Shown piece after piece: positions 54,743 to 64,000 of a stretch of DNA of 64,000 bases. Below the pieces are notes generated by a model that worked only from the letters and a program-made list of their open reading frames with translations, was not told the DNA's origin and searched no databases. The position numbers and the translations under genes are program-made. The stretch spans positions 94,798,001-94,862,000 of the forward strand of contig OZ024746.1 in the NCBI GenBank assembly GCA_964016885.1, written 5' to 3'. The DNA is from Eledone cirrhosa. Taxonomy: Eukaryota. How positions within the stretch are numbered: position 1 is the stretch's first letter; each line of letters begins with the position of its first letter.

Positions 54743-55429
54743 AACCGTTATATGCCAGACTATGTTGTCAAACAGGCGAGGTGGTAGAGAATGTCTGTTG
54801 CTAGGATCAAACAGCAGTGTATTTAGAATGACCAATAGTTGCTTTACAGAAAACAGATGGCCCCCTTTCGTACAACTGGCACTGCGAGCCCTCTCACAGG
54901 GGATATTTAATGACAAATTTAGTAAATTTGCATTTATTTCTATCCTTAATAATTACTGTCTTGACTGTATTTCATTGTTCCTATTGAGCGGCTCTTCGAA
55001 TCTGTGCATATATGCTACCATCTGTATGAGAACTACGTTGCGGATGAGAACTGAGTTACGTGTTTATGGAATGCATGCTAATTTCACGAGCACGTAGTTT
55101 GAACACCGAGAACACTCATCACCAGAATCGATGGAGGCCCTATCACAGGTACTCATTTATAAAAAGTTCACACGCTCATGGTAGACTTGTAGCTAAAAAG
55201 AACCAACAGCAACTATACTAGTACTACTACTAACAATAATAATAATATAAATAATATTTCTGTGATAAGCATATTGAGACCTTTGACCACCTGGTTTCAG
55301 GCTACAAAGTATTAGCTCCCCTGGAATATAAAACGAGGCATGATAGAGTGGGGAAATACTCTCACTGGGTATTGTGCAGGTTCTATGGTATGAAAGTGGT
55401 GGGGAAATGGTACAACCATCACCCAGATG

Positions 55430-55820
55430 CAGTAATATGAGGCGGTAACGTGACAATCCTATGAGATTTCCCTGTGAATATTGACAGGACAATCAAGGAC
55501 AACAGACCTGATATAATTGTGAAGGACCATAAAGAGAAAACATGTTTCTTAATTGACATGAGCATTTTATCAGATCGTAAGATCTCAAGAGTTTGGAAAT
55601 CTCAGTAAGTATAAAGATCTATCAATTGAAATTAGTAAACATGTGGCACCTTAAGACCAGCACTTTACCAATGATAGTCGGTGCACTTGGAATAATAAAA
55701 GAAAAAAGGGAACTGAAAAATATTTGGACCGGATACCTGGAAAGTCATTTCTGCAAAAGATACAAGAAATACTGCTGACTGACACTGGCCATGTCTTGAG
55801 GAAGACATCATCAATTTAAT
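55430..55820 (+). mobile_element. R4/Dong-like RLE endonuclease fragment
   Basis: DNRPDIIVKDHKEKTCFLIDMS..KYKDL..PMIVGALG. Confidence 0.75.
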
Positions 55821-55959
55821 AAACCTTGCAAAGACATTTACTGTTGTTTGTGCCTTTGTGGAAACATTTGTTTGAAAATTGATTGTAAAATGAATGTATT
55901 ATTGGAATTTGGGAAAGAAGCATAATTCAAAAGAACTTTCAAATAATAATACTAATAAT

Positions 55960-56152
55960 TCTTACTACTTTTGGCACAAGGCCAGCAATTACCCAGTGCA
56001 TTACTGGTACTTTATTTTATCGACCCCCCCCCCGTAAGGATGAAAAGCAAAGTTAACTTTGGCGGGATTTGAACTCAGAATGGAAAGGGCCGTAACTCTA
56101 TGCGTCAAAGCATGGCGTCGGATCCTCTACCGATACTGCCAATACACCGCCC
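55960..56152 (-). mobile_element. SINE family 1
   Basis: full core with A and B boxes on the minus strand. Confidence 0.85.
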
Positions 56153-56169
56153 TAATAATACTAATAATA

Positions 56170-56470
56170 ATAGTCAAAGACCAAGAAGAAAAATACCTTC
56201 TAATAGATGTATCAATCCCCATAAAGGACAATATATATTCCAAGGAAATAGAGAAACTCTCCAAATATAAAGATCTAGAGATAGAAATAACTCGTATGTG
56301 GAAAATGAAAACAGAAACAATGCCTATAATAATAGGAGCTCTGGGAATGTTAAAAAAGAAACACAGACAAATACATAACCCAAACCCTAGGACTTATAAA
56401 TATATACAACATACAAAGAATAGCACTACTTAGGCACTGCACACATATTACGGAAAGTACTATGAATATA
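56170..56470 (+). mobile_element. R4/Dong-like RLE C-terminal fragment
   Basis: LLIDVSIP..EKLSKYKDLEIEITRMW..PIIIGALG..LGTAHILRKVL. Confidence 0.8.
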
Positions 56471-56559
56471 TTCGAAAAAACATCAGCAAAAACTACACTG
56501 CACATAGCCAAGGCTCAGAGAGCTGTGCTCGGTAAAGCAGTAATCATGCTCAATAATGA

Positions 56560-56760
56560 TGGTTTCTTATATAGGCACAAAGCCAGTAATTTGGGATAAA
56601 ATCGACCCCGGTACGTTACTGGTACTTTATTTTATCGACCCCGTAAGGATTAAAGGCAAAGTTAACCTCGGCGAGATTTTAAATTAGACCGTAAAGGGAC
56701 GTGACTCTATGCTACAGACCATGTTGTCAGGCGCCCTATCGATACTGCTAACCTACCGCC
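56560..56760 (-). mobile_element. SINE family 1
   Basis: core AAAGGCAAAGTTAACCTCGGCG. Confidence 0.8.
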
Positions 56761-56774
56761 AATAATAATGATAA

Positions 56775-57145
56775 CACCACCACCACCACCACCGCCACCA
56801 CTACCACCTCTGCCACCACCACTACCGCCACCACCACCACCGCCACCGCCCCTCCACCACCACTACCGCCACCGCCCCTCCACCACCACTACCGCCACCG
56901 CCCCTCCACCAACACTACCGCCACCGCCCCTCCACCACCGCCATAATTACCACCGCCACCACTACCACCACCACTACCACCACCACTACCGCCACCTCCA
57001 ACATCACCACCGCCGCCACCACCACCACCACCACCATCGCCAACACCACCACCGCCACCACTACCGCCACCGCCCCTCCACCACCACCACCACCACTACC
57101 ATCGCCAACACCACCACCACCACCGCCACCACCGCCGCCACTACC
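56775..57145. repeat. (ACC/GCC)n array
   Basis: trinucleotide repeat. Confidence 0.93.
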
Positions 57146-57303
57146 ACAGCATTGTTACTATCCCAGACACCTCTTCAGAAAGTATTCAATGTAACAATAG
57201 TGAAGCAGACGATACAACGATTACAGACACGACATGGAGAAACCTGTAAATAACTATTGATTGTCTACTGACAAATAGAAACCTGTTGCTACATTCACAG
57301 ATG

Positions 57304-57340
<37 letters not shown>

Positions 57341-57487
57341 CGCCATATCCCGATGCACTATATGTATATATATATGTATGTGTTTGTTTGTTTGTTTGTT
57401 TCTTTGTTTTATGTATGTATATTTGTATGTGTTAGTATGTATGTTAGTATGTATATATGCATGAATATGAATGTCTCCTTTTTCTCA

Positions 57488-57525
<38 letters not shown>

Positions 57526-57548
57526 CATATATATATATATACATATAC

Positions 57549-58190
57549 AGTATTTACGTATCGAGAGAGAGAAAAAAAAGGGGGGAGGATAGGTGATACA
57601 TATAGTTATTTGCCAAGTAGCGTATGCCAAAGGTGCTCAATACTAGTGCCGGCAGTATTAAATATTCGAAGTGTTAATATTTAGTGGGCTAGAGAGTTAG
57701 CAGAGCGTAAGCACGTGGAAAAGTAAGAAATCGGAGAATAGACCGTTAAAACATGTTTATTTAAAACAGCACCTACGTACGTTTCGCCCAGTTGGGCTTC
57801 TCAAGGGCATAAATAACCAAATGTGTTCCTTACATTGTTCGGAAAGAGTTTTTGGGGTCTCAAAATAAGAGTTGGTTACATGACCCTGTGCGTATCGACA
57901 ATGGTAAGGTTGTAACCTCATCTTGTAACGGATAAAAATTTGTCCGGGAAAGACTGCCCTAACACCAGCCAGAGTTACCTCCCTTGACTTGCCGCAAAAT
58001 CAAAACACGCTATTTTTGCGAGCAATGAACCTTGACGTGAATTTAACCCCCAAAACTCTTTCCGAGCAATGTAAGGAACACTTTTGGTTATTTATGCGCT
58101 TGAGAAGCCCAACTGGGCGAAACGTACGTAGGTGGTGTTTTAAATAAACATGTTTTAACGGTCTATTCTCCGATTTCTTACTTTTCCACG
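57549..58190 (-). mobile_element. (TA)n element with inverted arm; variant hammerheads at 57768-57810(-) and 58094-58136(+)
   Basis: same family as 49824-50390; TTGAGAA-gccc aact gggc-GAAA-cgtacg-TA. Confidence 0.82.
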
Positions 58191-58221
58191 TATATATATA
58201 CATATATATATATATATATAA

Positions 58222-58293
<72 letters not shown>

Positions 58294-58295
<2 letters not shown>

Positions 58296-58476
58296 CAAAG
58301 GAATTGTGGTAAGGAACCAGATGGACCATAACGCACCAGAGTACTCAATACTTAGGGTAGTTGAGTGGGAAATAGGAAAAAGTATGACCCAGCAGAGCTC
58401 AAGCCGTTTCGACGGCTATTTCCAGAAATAGCCGTCGAAACGGCTTGAGCTCTGCCGTCGGGGTCATACTTTTTCC
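58294..58476 (-). mobile_element. fold-back half-hammerhead (TA)n element
   Basis: same family as 26491-26668. Confidence 0.8.
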
Positions 58477-59344
58477 TATATATATATATATGTTATAGGC
58501 ATGACTACATACATACATACATTCACACACACTCACACAACATACATACATTCACACACACAACATACATACATATATTCACACACTCACATACATACAT
58601 ATATTTTTTTTTTCTGATGAGGGTCCATTTAAATTCGTATTTTCTGGCATTTTTACATGCCTACTTAATAGATATGCCTATATATTTATACAAGTTAGTG
58701 CAGTATTTGTTAAACACTGTGTATTTATGCAAGTACTTCGACCCCGTACAGCCGAGCTACCTCCGTATGATCGGAGCGTCGACGGTCCATCTGAAGAGGT
58801 AGCCATGCGAGGTTGGATGGCTGCTACAGCGGGTGTCTCTGGCCATCGTCCGTAGGAATGCTTTTGCCGTCTTGTCAGCGGGGTGCAGCACTTCTGCCCT
58901 CTTACCCTAGGCCCAAAGCCCAATCACCCTCTCCCTTCGGCCCCCTCTCTTCTGCGACACCAGAGCTCTTGCCATCCCCACCCCTTACCGATCTTTTTCT
59001 TCTTTATTTCTCTCCTCTTTTTTTATGTATACTTTTTAGTATATTTCCCTATTCATTCTTTCCTTTTCTTTCCCCTTCTTTTTTATTATTTCTACATTGA
59101 AAATAAACATGTATTTGGTTAAAAGAAATGATATCATACACTTTAACTGATGGTGCACTTCTTACCATATATAAATTAGGATTGGTGCTCTGAAATAGCG
59201 ATGCATACATCGCTAATTCAGAGCACCAATCCTAATTTTTATTTTTGCTGGACCAGCAATCGCTCTGTATCAGTTTCTGATTATTACTGGAATTCTATAA
59301 GAATCCAGCTTCTATAATTTTCGGCAGTGGTCGACGAGTACGTT

Positions 59345-59385
59345 GCTCTGAGGAACACCAACAGTGTGAAACAGAATCTGTCAGC
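59345..59385 (+). ncRNA. type I hammerhead ribozyme
   Basis: gct-CTGAGGA-acac caaca gtgt-GAAA-cag aat ctg-TC-agc; GUC triplet; lies in TA-flanked element 59173-59511. Confidence 0.82.
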
Positions 59386-59507
59386 TTCTCCCCCTTCCTT
59401 TGCTGAAAAAAAGAAGTGACATAGTCACTACTTTAAAATAATAGCGCAAGGTCTTCAAAATGTTTTTAATTAAACATACAGTATATTGCCAAATATACTA
59501 TACATAC

Positions 59508-59570
<63 letters not shown>

Positions 59571-59792
59571 GCGTGTGTGCGCGCGCGTTTGTATACGTAC
59601 GTGTTTGTATGTGTGGTTGCTTGGGTGTATTTGTAATCATGCATGCATATATGTGTGTATGGTTGAATGATCGTCAGCGAAATTGTTATCGCTGACGAAG
59701 CATTTTCAGACATTCATGCGTGATTACATGCATTGTATGTATGTATAAATGTATACATGTATGTATATATATATAGAAATACATATATATAT

Positions 59793-60345
<553 letters not shown>

Positions 60346-60451
60346 TGTTAAGGATCTGTTACAGGTTCACGTGGCTGGCTGGACCCTAAAGGTGCACCAT
60401 TTTCTGTAATCTGACAAGCGATTGCAATACTCTTAGCAGAGTTTGCAGCCA

Positions 60452-60506
<55 letters not shown>

Positions 60507-60636
60507 TATATATATAATGTGATCCCAGAAGACAGCTGATGAGCGGGAATCGTCCTTGTGTTTGTGTCTTCCATGGTTTCTGGTCCCTTTTCTCCCTCGT
60601 CTTTCTTTATTCTTTATATTTCCAAGTAACCACAGA

Positions 60637-60724
<88 letters not shown>

Positions 60725-60727
<3 letters not shown>

Positions 60728-60836
60728 AGATAAATTAACGGAGCCATAGACTCTCGTTATTCCCTGTAAATTATTTGTTCAAAGGAAAAGGAATCCTGAG
60801 CTCTTTAAAATACAAAATGTAGAAAGGGTAACACAC

Positions 60837-60928
<92 letters not shown>

Positions 60929-61419
60929 CATCAATAAAACATCTTTTAAAGAGCTCAAGATTCCTTTTCCTTTGAGCACATAATTTACAGGGAATAACGA
61001 GTCTATGGCTCCGTTAATTTATCTTGATATTTCGCTCCTTATAACAGTCTTTCCCCTCTCTCTATTTGGTTGAGCACATCTCTTTGAGTGGTTTTGGGCT
61101 GCCATTTCTAGCAGCTCGTCCCTCAGATACCACTGGTTCACTGTCCTATGCACGCTGTCACATCTCTCTACCACGTGTTGCAGGACGGTTATCTTATATT
61201 TTCTTAGCCTTACACACGCTGATGAACCATAGGCGCTTCCATTTCAGTCAATCATTTCTTGGTGAAACAGATCCCTTAGGATTTGTACGTGTGTTATATA
61301 GTTATAGAGGTGCGTATATACATTTTAATTTATATTTTTAATTATTGTGTGTCTACCCTGCCTTCCATAGGTTATAGATTCCATACACTGGTGGTTTTCC
61401 CTGTTTTATTGATGTCACA

Positions 61420-61478
<59 letters not shown>

Positions 61479-61509
61479 GTGTGTTACCCTTTCTACATTT
61501 TGTATTTTA
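60725..61509 (+). mobile_element. non-coding hammerhead retroelement (retrozyme-like): one ~561-nt monomer + inverted arm spanning the monomer junction
   Basis: main arm 60944-61509; inverted arm 60725-60941; (TA)n on both sides. Confidence 0.85.
61212..61294 (+). ncRNA. type I hammerhead ribozyme
   Basis: acacacg-CTGATGA-acca..tggt-GAAA-cagatcc ctta ggatttg-TA-cgtgtgt; all three stems formed; GUA triplet. Confidence 0.9.
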
Positions 61510-62069
61510 TATATATACATATATATATATTTATACTTATACTTTAGGAAGGTCATACTGCCAATTAAAACACACATGCACCTGTTGGTTTTCACTTCAG
61601 TTAATTATAAATTTCTGGTTGGTTGGTTCGATAACCGAATGGTTGTTATATATTGTCAAAGCTCTTTCGTCACACATTTTGTGACCTCCTCAGTGACTAG
61701 GGTTTTACTTTGTGTCTCTCCTTTGTTTTGTCCTACACCATCTGGTATATATATATATAAATAAAACAAAGTAAGATTTCACGTTAAGTTCTTTATTGAT
61801 TAAACACAGTTACCGCCCTTTCATAGATGGGTAGCTCAGGATTTATATAAGTGTTATTGATCCGACCCCAGTCTAATCTGTTTATCAGACTTGTTAATCA
61901 AGCAAAGCCAAAATCCCATCTGTGGAACAGTCGTAACTGTGTATAATCAACAAATACCTTAATGTATCACCTCGCTTTGTCTTTATTATATACACTCTGC
62001 TCTAGCATAGAGTCCTGATTTTGGTATTTTAGTACCTACCTCAGTAAACTGCGAATCTACTGAACCACT

Positions 62070-62134
<65 letters not shown>

Positions 62135-62136
<2 letters not shown>

Positions 62137-62329
62137 AAAAAGTATGACCCCGACAGCAGAGCGCAAGCCGTTTCGACGTTTCAGTCCAGAAATAGCCGTC
62201 GAAACGGCTTGAGCTCTGCCGTCGGGGTCATACTTTTTTCTATTTTTTCCTATTTCCCACTCTACTACCCTAAGTATTGAGTACTCTGGTGCGTTATGGT
62301 CCATCTGGTTCCTTACCACAAGTCCTTCG

Positions 62330-62331
<2 letters not shown>
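62135..62331 (+). mobile_element. fold-back half-hammerhead (TA)n element
   Basis: same family as 26491-26668. Confidence 0.8.
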
Positions 62332-62370
<39 letters not shown>

Positions 62371-62374
<4 letters not shown>

Positions 62375-62588
62375 GGAGGTGAGTTTTATTGTAGTACAAT
62401 AAAGCAATGCAGATATCGAATAATGCACATATGTTGATTTAAAACTGCACTATCCACAAGTGTTTTTTAACCTTCATATCATGTCTTCCTATTTTATCTG
62501 ATGAAAACACAAATATTATTGCATGATGATATTTGTTTTTGAAATGCGCATAATAAAATACATGGAACTCCTTTAACCATCTTTTGTT

Positions 62589-62591
<3 letters not shown>
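62371..62591 (-). mobile_element. short PLE pseudo-LTR copy with inverted arm; hammerhead at 62490-62560(+)
   Basis: matches 24260-24520; intact CTGATGA / GAAA-tgcgca-TA. Confidence 0.85.
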
Positions 62592-62644
<53 letters not shown>

Positions 62645-62646
<2 letters not shown>

Positions 62647-62945
62647 TCTAGGGAGTGTAACTTGGAGTTACTGCAGATTCACCCGGGTGAGCACTCGATG
62701 TGTAGGTTCACTTCTATGTTGAGGTGTAGAGCCATACAGAGTGTAATATATTGGTAGGTGACGCGCGTTTCGCCACTGATCAGCTCAAGGTTTTTCTACT
62801 ACCATTTTAAAGGGTACGTCGAGCTGCTGATTATAGAGTCGGGTAAGATCGATACAGATCGAACCCTGAGCTAATCAGTGGCGAAACGCGCGTCACCTAC
62901 CAATAAATGTAATGAAGGAGTAACCAATCGTCCTTGTTATCTTTT
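62645..62945. mobile_element. (TA)n element with two opposed hammerhead 3' halves
   Basis: GTGGC-GAAA-cgcgcg-TC-acctacc on both strands; related to 50410-50562. Confidence 0.6.
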
Positions 62946-62948
62946 CAA

Positions 62949-62979
<31 letters not shown>

Positions 62980-63084
62980 GTGTGTATGTGTGCGTGTGTG
63001 TTGTTATATATATATCTATACATATATATATGTGGTTATATATATACATATATATATATATGTGGTTTTATATATATATATGTG

Positions 63085-63159
<75 letters not shown>

Positions 63160-63161
<2 letters not shown>

Positions 63162-63270
63162 TTACAGAATTGGATTCACAATCTTGAGGTTGTGAGTTCG
63201 ATTCCTGGACCGGGCGATGCGTTATGTCCTTGAGCAAGACACTTTATTTGACGTTACTCCTTCTACTTGG
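63160..63270 (+). mobile_element. CORE-type SINE (family 2)
   Basis: B-box GTTCGATTCC followed by GTCCTTGAGCAAGACACTTTATTT. Confidence 0.65.
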
Positions 63271-63377
63271 AGTTGCGACCGATAGATAGTATTAGCAACT
63301 GGAAAGACCAACGGAAACAGTGTTTCCTCGGTCCGATTTGACGAAAGTCGAGCGATATATATATATATATACATATA

Positions 63378-63519
63378 TTTAGTCCAGAAATAACCGTCGA
63401 AACGGCTTGAGCTCAGCCGTCGGGGTCATACTTTTTCCTATTTCCCACTCTACTACCCTAAGTATTGAGTACTATGGTGCGTTATGGTCCATCTTGTTCC
63501 TTACCACAATTCCTTTGTT
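63378..63519 (+). mobile_element. half-hammerhead element without an inverted arm
   Basis: begins at the hairpin loop; same family as 26491. Confidence 0.75.
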
Positions 63520-63719
63520 ATATATATATATAGTAATAATAAAAATTTGAAGACTAAAATCCATATATATATGAAAAGATTCAGGACCGACGGCTGAGTT
63601 CCGGCCGTTTCGACAGCTAGTTCGTATCTAGCTGTCGAAAAGGCATATTAACCACTCTATTACACGAAGTATTGAGTACTCTAGTTATGGGCTACCTGGT
63701 TCTTACCACACCCTTCTGA

Positions 63720-63753
<34 letters not shown>

Positions 63754-63757
<4 letters not shown>

Positions 63758-64000
63758 GGAGGTGAGTTTTATTGTAGTACAATAAAGCAATGCAGATATC
63801 GGATAAGAAGCACTCTACAGTTTGTAGGACTGGAGTATAAATAATATATAAGATCAAAAGATGGTTAAAAGAGTTCCATGTATTTTATTATGCGCATTTC
63901 AAAAACAAATATCATCATGCAATAACATTTGCGTTTTCATCAGATAAAATAGGGAGACATGATATGAAGGTTAAAACACACTTGTGAATAGTGCAGTTTT
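63754..64000 (-). mobile_element. PLE pseudo-LTR copy (runs off window); hammerhead at 63881-63951(-)
   Basis: reverse complement of 24270-24518, starting at (TA)n. Confidence 0.88.

Noticed and set aside
54569-55097. Overlapping ORFs in unique-looking sequence
   Set aside because: no recognisable domain or clear splice signals; partly (TAG)n-derived
58614-58830. CTGATGA (58614) and CTGAAGA plus hairpin (58791)
   Set aside because: no GAAA box after the stem; the second lies in what looks like a LINE 3' UTR
59670-59730. TCGTCAGCGA..TCGCTGACGA hairpin containing CTGACGA
   Set aside because: GAAA box and stem III absent
60516-60640. TA-flanked insert with CTGATGA
   Set aside because: no GAAA or stem III; element family unassignable

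Overview
Repeat-saturated, AT-rich eukaryotic genomic DNA. It is most likely cephalopod/octopus-like, an inference from the tRNA-derived SINEs and extreme microsatellite density. No host protein-coding gene can be supported, and almost all listed ORFs are microsatellite artefacts. The recognisable content is: (i) a near-complete Penelope-like element (PLE; RT plus C-terminal GIY-YIG) at 20235-24520 with ~610-bp direct repeats carrying a hammerhead ribozyme (HHR), and a second 5'-truncated PLE at 33661-35460; (ii) decayed LINEs (R4/Dong-like, RTE, CRE-like, L1/Tx1-like); (iii) many SINEs, several MITEs and large simple-repeat blocks. The main discovery is a dense set of short non-coding elements inserted in (TA)n tracts. 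They carry about 15 intact-looking type I hammerhead motifs plus degenerate and half copies, from several unrelated families. Two elements are complete ~540-560 nt monomers whose junctions imply a circular or tandem, ribozyme-processed RNA template (retrozyme-like): one ends exactly at the predicted self-cleavage site, and the other is circularly permuted. Independent copies have inverted arms ending at fixed internal sites, suggesting twin priming on (TA)n. One family appears to carry a U3:A8 variant of the hammerhead core. All motif assignments were read by eye, and coordinates of decayed elements are approximate.
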